Assembly (NCBI GenBank): GCA_945877765.1
Contig: CAMDWQ010000006.1
Coordinates: forward strand, 15,046-79,045
Direction of reading: 5' to 3'
Origin: Candidatus Omnitrophota bacterium
Lineage (GTDB): Bacteria > Omnitrophota > Gorgyraeia > 2-02-FULL-51-18
Length of the DNA: 64,000 nucleotides
The notes under the pieces were generated by a model that was not told the DNA's origin, did not search any database, and was given only the letters and a program-made list of their open reading frames with translations. Each line of letters opens with the position of its first letter. Within the stretch, counting starts at the first letter, position 1. Of the stretch, positions 9,149-18,338 are shown one piece after another. The position numbers and the translations under genes were made by a program.

Positions 9149-10119
9149 CTCAAACCCAAATACGCCTGCGCCGTCTACGAGAAAATCCTGTACTGCGCTC
9201 AATGCTGCGCGATACCTTGCTTTCCAAAGACGACCTTGTTCAGCCCTTATTCGTCAAAGAGGGTCTTTCGAGCCCGACAGCGATTGACTCGATGCCCGGA
9301 CAGTTTCGGCATTCCCTGAAAAGTATTGTTGCCCAAGCCCAAAAAGTTCAAGATTTGGGAATTCCCGCCATCCTTCTTTTTGGAATCCCAGCTAAGAAAG
9401 ATAAGCTCGGCAAATCCGCTTTTGCCAATCACGGCATTATTCAGAGAGCTGTTTCGGCGATCAAGAAAAAGAACCCAAATCTTTTAGTGATTACCGATGT
9501 CTGCCTTTGCGAGTATCTAACTCACGGGCACTGTGGTCATGTTCAGGCGGGAAAAATTCTCAACGATACCTCGGTGGCAACACTGGCCAAAATTGCCCTT
9601 TCGCATGCGCGCTCAGGTGCCGATGTGATCGCACCCTCCGATATGATGGATGGCCGCATCGCTGCGATTAGAAAGATTTTGGATGCCAACCACTTTGAAT
9701 CAACCCCCATTCTTTCGTACGCCGTCAAATACGCCTCCGCTTTTTATTCGCCTTTTCGCGAGGCGGCGGAGAGCGCGCCTGGTTTTGGTGATCGGCAAAG
9801 CTATCAGATGAACCCAGCCAACCGCCGCGAAGCTTTGCGGGAAGCCCAGACAGATCTTGCGGAGGGTGCCGATATCTTGATGGTGAAACCCGCACTTAGC
9901 TATCTCGACATCCTTCGTGACGTCCGTGAGCGCTTTCACTGTCCACTAGCCGCTTATAGTGTCAGCGGCGAATATTCGATGATCAAGGCAGCGGCAGCGC
10001 GCGGTTGGATTGATGAGAAAAAAATTGTTTTAGAGACGCATCTGTCGATGAAAAGAGCGGGTGCTAATTTTATCCTGACGTATTGGGCGCAGGATTTGGC
10101 GCGGTGGTTAAAGTCATGA
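9145..10119 (+). CDS. hemB: Porphobilinogen synthase
   Basis: DVCLCEYLTHGHCG, APSDMMDGR, MVKPA, SGEYSM. Confidence 0.97.
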   Translation: MTQTQIRLRRLRENPVLRSMLRDTLLSKDDLVQPLFVKEGLSSPTAIDSMPGQFRHSLKSIVAQAQKVQDLGIPAILLFGIPAKKDKLGKSAFANHGIIQRAVSAIKKKNPNLLVITDVCLCEYLTHGHCGHVQAGKILNDTSVATLAKIALSHARSGADVIAPSDMMDGRIAAIRKILDANHFESTPILSYAVKYASAFYSPFREAAESAPGFGDRQSYQMNPANRREALREAQTDLAEGADILMVKPALSYLDILRDVRERFHCPLAAYSVSGEYSMIKAAAARGWIDEKKIVLETHLSMKRAGANFILTYWAQDLARWLKS

Positions 10120-11378
10120 GTGCCGGGTGGAAGCAGGCACAAGAAAACTTTGCTGGAGGGGTGAATAGCCCTGTAAGAGCCTTTAGATCCGTCGGCGGCG
10201 ATCCCGTTTTGATGAAAAAAGGTCAAGGTGCTTATCTCTGGAGCACTGACAACCAAAAGTTTATTGATTTTTGCATGTCTTGGGGCGCGATGCTCCTTGG
10301 TCACGCTGAGCTCAAAACAGTGCAAGCAATCCAAGCACAGGCCGCCAACGGGACAAGTTTTGGGACATCGACGCCGTTTGAAACAAATCTTGCCGTCCTT
10401 ATCAAAAAAGCGTTTCCTGACATCGAAAAACTACGTTTTACCAGCTCGGGAACGGAAGCCGCGATGAGCGCTATCCGTTTGGCGCGGGGTGTTACTGGGC
10501 GGGATCGGATATTGAAATTTGAAGGTTGCTATCACGGACACGCGGACAGTCTGCTCGTTAAGGCTGGTAGTGGTTTGGCTACATTCGGCACTCCAGACTC
10601 GGCGGGTGTGCCAGCTGATTTGGCACGTATGACAGCAACGCTTCCTTATAATGACTCTGAAGCCGTCCGCCATTTCTTCAAAAATGAAACGAAGATCGCT
10701 TGCGTCATTGTCGAACCGATAGCAGGTAATATGGGCGTTGTTCCCGCCAAGCCCGAATTTCTTAAAGCGCTGCGCGATGAATGTTCAAAAGCGGGCACCT
10801 TACTCATATTCGATGAAGTAATTTCTGGTTTTCGTGTCGGTTATGGCGGCGCGCAGCACCTTTACCAAATCCGGCCAGATCTAACCATCCTCGGAAAAAT
10901 TATTGGCGGAGGCTTACCGGTGGGGGCGTTTGGTGGATCAACCAAGCTCATGGAGCATCTTTCTCCTTTGGGGAGAGTGTATCAAGCAGGAACACTTTCA
11001 GGAAACCCGCTTTCTATGGTCGCCGGCGCAAACACGCTATCACAACTATCAAAAATTTTTTATAAGCAGCTTAACCATAAAGCCGAACCCTTTCTTGCTC
11101 AAGTGCGTCTTATCTTTAAGAAGTATAGACAGCCGGCGTTGATTCAATCCCAAGGATCGATGTTTACTATTTTTCTGGGGAGCGAAAAAGTGGAGAATTT
11201 TTCGGATGCTAAAAAATGCGATACCAAAAAATTTGCCCGCTTTTTTCATTTGATGTTAAAAAATGGTCTGTATATTCCGCCCTCGCTTTTTGAGGCTTAT
11301 TTTATCTCCCAGGCTCACACCGAGCGGGATTTGGAACAGGCATTAAAAAAGTTGGATAAAGCAGTGAAAGCTTTATAA
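10116..11378 (+). CDS. hemL: Glutamate-1-semialdehyde 2,1-aminomutase
   Basis: GGVNSPVRAF, SGTEA, GCYHGH, FDEVISGFR, GKIIGGGLP; start ATG 10116 overlaps the hemB stop. Confidence 0.97.
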   Translation: MSAGWKQAQENFAGGVNSPVRAFRSVGGDPVLMKKGQGAYLWSTDNQKFIDFCMSWGAMLLGHAELKTVQAIQAQAANGTSFGTSTPFETNLAVLIKKAFPDIEKLRFTSSGTEAAMSAIRLARGVTGRDRILKFEGCYHGHADSLLVKAGSGLATFGTPDSAGVPADLARMTATLPYNDSEAVRHFFKNETKIACVIVEPIAGNMGVVPAKPEFLKALRDECSKAGTLLIFDEVISGFRVGYGGAQHLYQIRPDLTILGKIIGGGLPVGAFGGSTKLMEHLSPLGRVYQAGTLSGNPLSMVAGANTLSQLSKIFYKQLNHKAEPFLAQVRLIFKKYRQPALIQSQGSMFTIFLGSEKVENFSDAKKCDTKKFARFFHLMLKNGLYIPPSLFEAYFISQAHTERDLEQALKKLDKAVKAL

Positions 11379-11386
11379 TACCCCTT

Positions 11387-12370
11387 ATGAGTGTGACACA
11401 GCGCCCAACGCTTGACGAAATTTACGCTCCTATCGAGAGCGATTTAAGGGCTTTTTCCGACTGCCTTCGCCACGAGCTTTCGTCCAGTGACAACCTGATT
11501 CAGCAGATCCACGAGCATATTCTAAAAATGACAGGTAAGTTTTTGCGGCCGGCACTGACCATTCTCTCTTCGAAGGTGGGGGGCAAGAACCGCTCGGAGC
11601 CGATTAAGCTCGCCGCTGTCATCGAGCTTATTCACACCGCCACACTGGTGCACGATGACATCATCGATAATTCTGATTTTCGTCGCAATCAGCCGTCTGT
11701 CCACGCTCGCTGGGGACGAGACCTCTCCATCATTTCCGGGGATTATCTTTACTCAAAAGCATTTTTGCTTTTAGCGGGGCTCAACAATACGATTCTTAAT
11801 CAAGCTCTTGCCCTATGTGCGCATACGCTTTGTGAGGGCGAAATGAAGCAGGTGGAAAAACGCAACCAATTCCTGATGTCCGAGGAAGAATATCTTAAAA
11901 TCATTCACCAAAAAACAGCCTCTCTTTTTCAAGCCGCCTGCATGGGCGGGGCTTATTATTCGGGAACCAGCCAAAAAAATATAGAACAGATCGGCGATTA
12001 CGGTTTTGGTTTGGGAATGGCGTTCCAAATAGTGGATGACTGCCTGGATTTGGTGGGGGAAACCAAGAGTCTTGGGAAAACCACGGGCCTGGATTTGACA
12101 AAAAATGACGTAACCTTGCCCCTTCTGTATCTCTTGCAAGGCTTAGACCTAGCGGGCCGTGACCGGCTGATTCATCGGATGAAAAACAATGAGATTTCTT
12201 TTGATGAAATAAAAAAAATGGCTCTGGAAGAAAAAGCGGTGGATCGTGCTTTGGCGCGGGCTCGAGGCTATATTGATCAATCCCTGCAAAGTTTGAGCGG
12301 GATTGCGCCGTCTGTCTACCGGCAAAGCTTAGAACAATTGGCGCATCATTGCATTGACCGAGTGCGTTAA
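11387..12370 (+). CDS. Polyprenyl (hepta/octaprenyl) diphosphate synthase
   Basis: GKFLRP, LVHDDIID..RR, KTA, FQIVDDCLD motifs. Confidence 0.93.
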   Translation: MSVTQRPTLDEIYAPIESDLRAFSDCLRHELSSSDNLIQQIHEHILKMTGKFLRPALTILSSKVGGKNRSEPIKLAAVIELIHTATLVHDDIIDNSDFRRNQPSVHARWGRDLSIISGDYLYSKAFLLLAGLNNTILNQALALCAHTLCEGEMKQVEKRNQFLMSEEEYLKIIHQKTASLFQAACMGGAYYSGTSQKNIEQIGDYGFGLGMAFQIVDDCLDLVGETKSLGKTTGLDLTKNDVTLPLLYLLQGLDLAGRDRLIHRMKNNEISFDEIKKMALEEKAVDRALARARGYIDQSLQSLSGIAPSVYRQSLEQLAHHCIDRVR

Positions 12371-12415
12371 TTTTTGTATTATCACTATTACCGAAGTAAA
12401 ACTTAAGGAGTTTCT

Positions 12416-12604
12416 ATGTTTGGAGTAGGTCTTCCCGAACTTTTGGTCGTCTTGTTAGTGTGTCTTTTGCTTTTTGGTGCTAACCGCCTGCCGGATATCG
12501 GCAAAAGCCTGGGAGAGGGGATCCGAGAATTTAAGCGGGCCATGAAGGACGACTCCCATGAAAGCAAAAACGATTCAAAGCCCAAAGAAAACCCTAAAAG
12601 CTAA
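12416..12604 (+). CDS. tatA: Twin-arginine translocase TatA/E
   Basis: G-x-x-ELL...LLFG..RLP...SLG.GIREFK; AAGGAG SD. Confidence 0.95.
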   Translation: MFGVGLPELLVVLLVCLLLFGANRLPDIGKSLGEGIREFKRAMKDDSHESKNDSKPKENPKS

Positions 12605-12624
12605 GCCCTAAAACCTACCTCTGA

Positions 12625-13734
12625 ATGAAAACTCGCGTAGTAGTCGCCATGTCTGGCGGCGTAGACAGTTCTGTGGCGGCCTATCTTCTTAAGGAGAGTG
12701 GGCATGAGGTTATTGGCGTCACGATCAAAACGTGGTCGAATGATGAATGCCGCGATGAAAAATCCAAGGGATGCTGCTCTATCCGCGACATTGATGATGC
12801 CCGCTCAGTGGCAAGAAAATTGGACATCCCTTACTACATTTTAGACTTGTCAGCTGACTTTAAAGAAAAAGTAATCGATTATTTTGTTGATGAGTATCTG
12901 GTAGGGCGCACCCCCAACCCCTGCATCGAGTGCAACAACCACATCAAGTTTGGCCTCTTGAGAAAAAAAGCAGATGAATTGGAAGCCTCTTTTATTGCGA
13001 CGGGCCATTATGCCAAAAAAGGTTTTGACGAAGCCAGTGGCCGTTATTATATCCAAGAAGGGGATGATCTTTCCAAAGACCAGTCTTATGTTTTGTCTGG
13101 ACTCAATCAGGAGCAGTTAGCGAAGACGCTTTTACCTATTGGTGACATGGAGAAAAGCCAAGTGCGCGAGATAGCGGGCAAATTGGGATTACGCGTATTT
13201 GACAAACCGGACAGCCAGGAAATATGTTTTGTCAAAACCAACTATGTGGATTTTTTAAAAAAAACCGTACCGGAGCGCTTGCCTTCGAAGGGTAATTTTA
13301 CTAACCAGAGCGGGCGGGTGATGGGAACACATGAAGGCAGTCATCTTTTTACCATCGGCCAGAGAAAGCGTATCCGGATCACCAACCTAACACCCTATTT
13401 CGTCACCGCCATTGACACCCAAAAAAATGAGGTGCAAATCGGCTCTGAAAACGAGCTTTTAGCGCAGGAAATGATTGTGCATCGAGTGAACTGGCAGTTA
13501 GGCCCCAGAACAGGGGCTATTGAGGCAAAAATCCGCTCTCGGCATGGCCGCGCTAAGGCTGTAATTCTTTCTTTTGATTCTAGCGAAGTTCGTGTAAAAT
13601 TTGAACTTCCACAGAAAGCGGTAACCCCAGGGCAGGCCGCTGTTTTCTATGATGATCGCAATCGAATTATCGGCGGGGGATGGATTAAGCGCGCATTCGC
13701 GTACCATGAAGCCTTGGAGCCTAAAACAGTTTAG
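12625..13734 (+). CDS. mnmA: tRNA 2-thiouridine(34) synthase
   Basis: AMSGGVDSS, TPNPCIECN, TGHYA, KDQSY, DSQEICF, TPGQ. Confidence 0.97.
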   Translation: MKTRVVVAMSGGVDSSVAAYLLKESGHEVIGVTIKTWSNDECRDEKSKGCCSIRDIDDARSVARKLDIPYYILDLSADFKEKVIDYFVDEYLVGRTPNPCIECNNHIKFGLLRKKADELEASFIATGHYAKKGFDEASGRYYIQEGDDLSKDQSYVLSGLNQEQLAKTLLPIGDMEKSQVREIAGKLGLRVFDKPDSQEICFVKTNYVDFLKKTVPERLPSKGNFTNQSGRVMGTHEGSHLFTIGQRKRIRITNLTPYFVTAIDTQKNEVQIGSENELLAQEMIVHRVNWQLGPRTGAIEAKIRSRHGRAKAVILSFDSSEVRVKFELPQKAVTPGQAAVFYDDRNRIIGGGWIKRAFAYHEALEPKTV

Positions 13735-13808
13735 GCGATGTAGCTCAGCCTGGTTAGAGCGAGTGCTTCATAAGCACTATGTCACTGGTTCGAATCCAGT
13801 CATCGCCA
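13734..13808 (+). tRNA. tRNA-Met (CAT), elongator type; CCA not encoded
   Basis: Acceptor GGCGATG/CATCGCC, D-arm TAGCTCAGCCTGGTTAGAGC, anticodon stem AGTGC-TTCATAA-GCACT, T-arm ACTGG-TTCGAAT-CCAGT. Confidence 0.93.
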
Positions 13809-13842
13809 TTAATTATGTTGTATTTCTTAAGGAGAGATCGCA

Positions 13843-14256
13843 ATGGATGGAAGGCTCCCGGAGGATGAACAGGAGCGCAGAAAGTTTGCCCGTATTTCCA
13901 ACCACTTTTTGGTGCGCTCTTGCAAAGCCGAACACGCTTCCATGGATCCTGAGAAAATAATCGGCATTGTTCGTGATATCAATTTTCGCGGTTTAGCGTT
14001 TCTGACGAATCAGGATTATAGAGTCAATGACAAGCTTGAATTAGAAATAGAGCTTGTTGGTTTTAAGGGCCCAGGCGGCACCGCAGGAGGCCTCTTAAAT
14101 TCAGCTGCGATCACCACACAAGCCACGGTGGCTAGGACGGAAAACTTTGGCCCGGGATTCAGTTTGGTCGCGGCTTTGTTTGATTCTCTTGAAAAGGAGG
14201 ATGAGGACTTACTGGCGCGAGCCCTCTCATATCAGCAAGCAATGGATGCGGCCTAA
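13843..14256 (+). CDS. PilZ domain protein
   Basis: ERRKFAR (RxxxR); second motif degenerate (DINFRG). Confidence 0.75.
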   Translation: MDGRLPEDEQERRKFARISNHFLVRSCKAEHASMDPEKIIGIVRDINFRGLAFLTNQDYRVNDKLELEIELVGFKGPGGTAGGLLNSAAITTQATVARTENFGPGFSLVAALFDSLEKEDEDLLARALSYQQAMDAA

Positions 14257-14290
14257 GCAGCGAAGCAAAAACCGGCATTTTTTAGCATTT

Positions 14291-14319
14291 TTGACTTTAT
14301 AAAAGTCATTAGGTATAAT
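14291..14319 (+). promoter_or_regulatory. Sigma70 promoter overlapped by a TGACTTT-N3-AAAGTCA inverted repeat
   Basis: TTGACT-17 bp-TATAAT; perfect 7 bp IR at 14292-14308. Confidence 0.7.
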
Positions 14320-14421
14320 ACTCAGTATCACTTTATTTACTACTTCCGCCTTAAAGCGAATTTATCCCAAGCTTTCCGCTTATGGATAAGATCGTCAAAC
14401 GCGGCCAACACGGAGTCTAAA

Positions 14422-14925
14422 ATGAAAAAGTATATTCTAGGTTTGGTTTTGTTTTTTGGTGTGGTTAATTTGGCTTATGCAGAAATTGCTTCAGAGAACG
14501 GAACGCCCGCCGTGGAAGGTCAGACAACAGTAACTGATAAAACAACGGTTACTACGGTCAATACTGTGGTCGAAGGATCTTCCACTGCCGCAGAAACCAA
14601 AGAAGTTGCAGCGCCCGCAGAAATTGCCGCCGCGCCTGCAGAAGCAACAACCGCTTCTACCCAAGCAGATCCAACCGAGAATCTTGAGTTTATTTCTGGG
14701 GAAGTAAGCGCTATTGACGAAGCCGCCAATACAGCGACTATCAAGCTTTATGGCGAGACAGAAAATACACCGGGTGATAAATCAATCACGGTGCAAGTTG
14801 ATGCTTCAACCGATATTACCGACGGCGAGAAAGACCGGACACTTAAGTCGCTTACCAGCGGAACAGAAGTGGACGTTGAGTACGATCCGGCGTCAAGCAA
14901 GGCAACCTATATTTTCGTTTATTAA
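14422..14925 (+). CDS. Secreted protein, T/A/E-rich linker plus DUF5666-like beta domain
   Basis: Signal peptide ending AYA; ISGEVSAID...VDASTDI...L.SGTEVDVEY pattern. Confidence 0.7.
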   Translation: MKKYILGLVLFFGVVNLAYAEIASENGTPAVEGQTTVTDKTTVTTVNTVVEGSSTAAETKEVAAPAEIAAAPAEATTASTQADPTENLEFISGEVSAIDEAANTATIKLYGETENTPGDKSITVQVDASTDITDGEKDRTLKSLTSGTEVDVEYDPASSKATYIFVY

Positions 14926-14951
14926 GCTATCGTTTTAATTTTGTTTTCACC

Positions 14952-14998
14952 CTCGGACGAACCAAGGAATTTTATCGGTTCGTCCGAGCTTTTTTTTT
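14952..14998 (+). terminator. Rho-independent terminator
   Basis: CTCGGACGAACC / GGTTCGTCCGAG 12 bp stem followed by a T run. Confidence 0.85.
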
Positions 14999-15003
14999 AA
15001 GCC

Positions 15004-16014
15004 ATGCGTGAACTTCTTGAAAAAATTCAAAAAACAAACCAGCGGCATGATCTATTTCGCAAAAACGATGCTCTCGTAGTTGGTGTTTCCGGAGGACCGG
15101 ATTCAACCGCCCTGTTTCTGCTTCTAGCAAAACTTAAAAAAAAATACAATCTACGCTTGATCGCGGCGCACATAAACCACCATTTTTCAAAAAAAGAATC
15201 CATGAGATTCGAACGTTTTGCCTCGGAGTTGGCGCGTCGGCATAACGCCCCTTTTTTTAAGAAATCGATAAGTGTCCGGGTTTTGGCAAAAAAAAATAAA
15301 AAAACTGTCGAAGAGATGGGTCGCATTGCCCGCTATGATTTTTTTCGCAAAGTAGCTTCTTTGAACAACGCAAAAATTATCGCCACGGCGCACACCATGG
15401 ATGATCAAGCCGAAACCATGCTGATGCGGGTCGCGCGCGGCGCTGGCCTAAAAGGTCTTGCTGGCATTCCCGTCAAAAGGAGGGAGGGCGCCTGCACCGT
15501 TGTGCGACCGCTCATCGGAGCCTCTAAGAAACAGATTTTAACTTTTCTAAAAAAAACCCGGGAATCGTTTTGTGTGGACAAGTCTAACCAGAGCGACATT
15601 TTCACGCGCAATCGTGTCCGAAACCGCCTTTTGCCCTGGGCCAAGAAAAATTTAAATCCTCGCGTTGTGGAAAGCCTGTCTGATCTAGGCTGTATCTGTT
15701 GGGAGGCGCAGAGTTTATTGGAGAAGCTGGGCCAAAAGGCGCTTGGCTCATGCCTTCTAGAAAAAAAACCATCCAGCGTTGTCCTGTCTGCAAAAAAAAT
15801 GGCACGCTTAGATCCTGCCGTTTGCTCGGAGACTATTTTTGCGGCATTAGCGCTTTTGACCGGCGGCCGGCTTCGCTTCGGATCTACCCACATCGGCGCG
15901 GTTCGGTCAATCCTGGAATCCCCTGAAAGCAACCTGGAAACTCACCTGCCCGGGCCTATCGTTGTCGCCAAAAATGGGGGCGCTTTGAGATTCTTTGACA
16001 CCTCCAAAAAATAA
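15004..16014 (+). CDS. tilS: tRNA(Ile)-lysidine synthetase
   Basis: VSGGPDS, AHINH, RYDFF, TAHTMDDQAET, RPL, D.SN, RNRVR. Confidence 0.96.
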   Translation: MRELLEKIQKTNQRHDLFRKNDALVVGVSGGPDSTALFLLLAKLKKKYNLRLIAAHINHHFSKKESMRFERFASELARRHNAPFFKKSISVRVLAKKNKKTVEEMGRIARYDFFRKVASLNNAKIIATAHTMDDQAETMLMRVARGAGLKGLAGIPVKRREGACTVVRPLIGASKKQILTFLKKTRESFCVDKSNQSDIFTRNRVRNRLLPWAKKNLNPRVVESLSDLGCICWEAQSLLEKLGQKALGSCLLEKKPSSVVLSAKKMARLDPAVCSETIFAALALLTGGRLRFGSTHIGAVRSILESPESNLETHLPGPIVVAKNGGALRFFDTSKK

Positions 16015-16023
16015 GCTTATAAT
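15995..16023 (+). promoter_or_regulatory. Consensus sigma70 promoter for rpsU
   Basis: TTGACA-17 bp-TATAAT exact consensus. Confidence 0.85.
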
Positions 16024-16061
16024 CCCTAAAATCACTAAAAAGAAGGGGGGTCTCTAATTTC

Positions 16062-16238
16062 ATGTCAAAAGTAGAAGTTGGTCCTAATGAACCGTTGGAA
16101 AAAGCACTAAGACGCTTCAAGAAAAAAATTGAGCGTGAAGGAATTTTGAAGGTTCTGAAAGCGCGTAAACACTACGAAAAGCCCAGCGAAATCAAACGCC
16201 GCAAAGCCCGCGCTTCAAAAAGCCGCAAGAAATTCTAA
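16062..16238 (+). CDS. rpsU: 30S ribosomal protein S21
   Basis: Not in ORF track (58 aa): MSKVEVGPNEPLEKALRRFKKKIEREGILKVLKARKHYEKPSEIKRRK... Confidence 0.97.
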   Translation: MSKVEVGPNEPLEKALRRFKKKIEREGILKVLKARKHYEKPSEIKRRKARASKSRKKF

Positions 16239-16292
16239 TTAAATGACTTCTCTCTGGCGCAGCCGCCAGGGGTGAGGCCAAAGGAACTTAAA

Positions 16293-16685
16293 ATGTCAGA
16301 AGAATCCCGCCAGGAAACCCCCGGCATCATCATCAAGAAAAAAGTGGATGAATCCTGGAAAAACGCGGTTGAGAAAGAAAAAACAACCGCGTTTTCTCCT
16401 TCTGAGTCTCCACAAGCCCCAAAAGAGGCGCCACCATCAGATCCAGGATTTTTGTACTTTATCTCAGGCTTGGGCATGCAAGCGCTTGCTTCTATGGGAG
16501 AGATTCCGGATGATAGCGGTCTAACTGGTCCCATTGATCTGGACCAAGCCAAGCAACTCATTGATGTCATCGAGATGTTGTCCAAAAAAACCAAGGGAAA
16601 TCTTTCACCCGAAGAAGAGAATGCCTTCCGAGAGCTTCTTCGCCAACTACGTCTTAAATTTGTCCAAAAAAGCCGAGCTGTCTAA
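16293..16685 (+). CDS. DUF1844 family protein
   Basis: KKVDESWK; F..FISGLGMQAL..MG...DLDQAKQLID..EML..KTKGNL..EE. Confidence 0.85.
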   Translation: MSEESRQETPGIIIKKKVDESWKNAVEKEKTTAFSPSESPQAPKEAPPSDPGFLYFISGLGMQALASMGEIPDDSGLTGPIDLDQAKQLIDVIEMLSKKTKGNLSPEEENAFRELLRQLRLKFVQKSRAV

Positions 16686-16691
16686 CGTATC

Positions 16692-17921
16692 ATGACTGCT
16701 ATCGTCAGTTTTGTGGCTGGCGCGCTACTGGGTATCCTCGGCGCTTTTTTGTGGGGAGCCGCCCAACAGTCAACCGCCAAAAAAATGGCGTCGGGCCTTT
16801 ACGAGGATGCTGAAAAAAGACAAAAAGAACAGATCGCCGAGATCGTCAAAAATCTTCAAGCCCAATTTGGCAGTCTCTCGCTTGACGCCCTTTCAAAACA
16901 AACCGATCAGTTTTTAGCGCTAGCCGGATCAAAATTCCAAAATGAAAGAGAGCTCAGCGGAAAAGAGCTTGAAACCAAAAAAATCTTAATTGATCATCAG
17001 CTAGAATCAATGAAGGATAAGCTCCAGAAAGTTTCAGATTTAGTCCAAAGCCTGGAAAAGGACCGCGAGAATAAGTTTGGAGAGCTGACCAGCGAACTTA
17101 AAAATACCAACCAGCAGGTAACCGCGCTTCATCAGGCAACAAGCACACTCAATGAGGCACTTGCCAATTCACGTGCCAGGGGACAATGGGGGCAGCGAAT
17201 GGCCGAGGATGTGCTTCGCTTGGCTGGCTTTGCAGAGAATATTAACTATTTAAAAGAAAAAACGATTGAGGGTATTGGCTCGCGCCCCGACATCACGTTC
17301 CTCCTGCCCAAAAATTTAAAACTCAATATGGACGTGAAATTTCCCTACGATAATTATATGCGTTTTTTGGAAGCTCCGTCGGACGCGGATAAAGAAAAAT
17401 TTAAAAGTATTTTTTTTAAAGATGTCCGCGCCAAGCTCAAAGAAATTACTTCCCGCGATTACATCAACCCCGAGCAAAACACGGTCGACTACGTCATCTT
17501 ATTTGTTCCCAACGAGCAGATATTTTCATTCATTCATGAACAAGATCGGGACCTATTGGATTTGGGTTTAAAAAATAAAGTAATTTTTTGTTCGCCCATT
17601 ACTTTGTTTGCGGTATTAGGGATCATCCGGCAATCAGTCGATAACTTTAGCCTAGAAAAAACATCGAATGAGATTTTGTCTCTCTTGGGTACGTTTAAAT
17701 CTCAGTGGGAGAAGTTTCTTCAGAAGCTGGATGTGGTGGGTAAAAAAATTGAGGACGCACAAAAAGAATACTATCTGCTTTCTACTACCCGCAAAAGCCA
17801 ACTTGAGAAACCGCTCAACAAAATCGATGCCCTAAGACAACAAAGAGGCCTTCTTGTATCACCCGAAGACCCTGTCCTTGAGATAGTTAGCGAAGAAGAC
17901 ACCTCTTCTGAGCACCCCTAA
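16692..17921 (+). CDS. rmuC: DNA recombination protein RmuC
   Basis: N-terminal TM plus coiled coil; RGQWG, RPD...LP, DVKFP, LFVPNE. Confidence 0.93.
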   Translation: MTAIVSFVAGALLGILGAFLWGAAQQSTAKKMASGLYEDAEKRQKEQIAEIVKNLQAQFGSLSLDALSKQTDQFLALAGSKFQNERELSGKELETKKILIDHQLESMKDKLQKVSDLVQSLEKDRENKFGELTSELKNTNQQVTALHQATSTLNEALANSRARGQWGQRMAEDVLRLAGFAENINYLKEKTIEGIGSRPDITFLLPKNLKLNMDVKFPYDNYMRFLEAPSDADKEKFKSIFFKDVRAKLKEITSRDYINPEQNTVDYVILFVPNEQIFSFIHEQDRDLLDLGLKNKVIFCSPITLFAVLGIIRQSVDNFSLEKTSNEILSLLGTFKSQWEKFLQKLDVVGKKIEDAQKEYYLLSTTRKSQLEKPLNKIDALRQQRGLLVSPEDPVLEIVSEEDTSSEHP

Positions 17922-17950
17922 AAAACGCTTTTTTATCGCATTTCTTTTAA

Positions 17951-17980
17951 TTGCAAATCATGGAGGCGGTTTGTTATAAT
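17951..17980 (+). promoter_or_regulatory. Sigma70 promoter heading the PC4-CBM-ParA cluster
   Basis: TTGCAA-18 bp-(TG-n)TATAAT. Confidence 0.6.
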
Positions 17981-18098
17981 CCTTATAACAAGATTTAGTG
18001 GTGCTTTTCGTTTTGACCACGACTAATAGATGTTTATAGATATTTCGCAACCTTTTTTTTATGCGCAATTGCCGCCTGATAGCGGTGGAGATTAAAAA

Positions 18099-18338
18099 AT
18101 GGAGCAGCTTATAGCGAGTTTCCCAAAAAATAAATTCGAGGAAGTGCGGGTGGCAATCAAAGAATTTAAAGGTTATGATTTATTGGATATCCGGGTGTAT
18201 GCCGCTACCAAAGACGGCGAGGAAAAGGTTCCTACGGGAAAAGGAATCTCTGTCAACGTCAGTCATTTTGCTGAGCTCAAGCAAGCTTTTTTGGCAGCCG
18301 AAAAGGTTTTGAAGGAGAACAATCTTCTTCATGAGTAA
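18099..18338 (+). CDS. PC4/YdbC family (p15-like) ssDNA-binding protein
   Basis: KN..EEVRV...EFKG..LLDIR.Y......PT.KGIS motif. Confidence 0.88.
   Translation: MEQLIASFPKNKFEEVRVAIKEFKGYDLLDIRVYAATKDGEEKVPTGKGISVNVSHFAELKQAFLAAEKVLKENNLLHE

Noticed and set aside
13734-13808. tRNA-Ile2 (CAT), given nearby tilS
   Set aside because: The GGCG acceptor stem (G2-C71, C3-G70) fits elongator Met better; not formally excluded without a covariance model.
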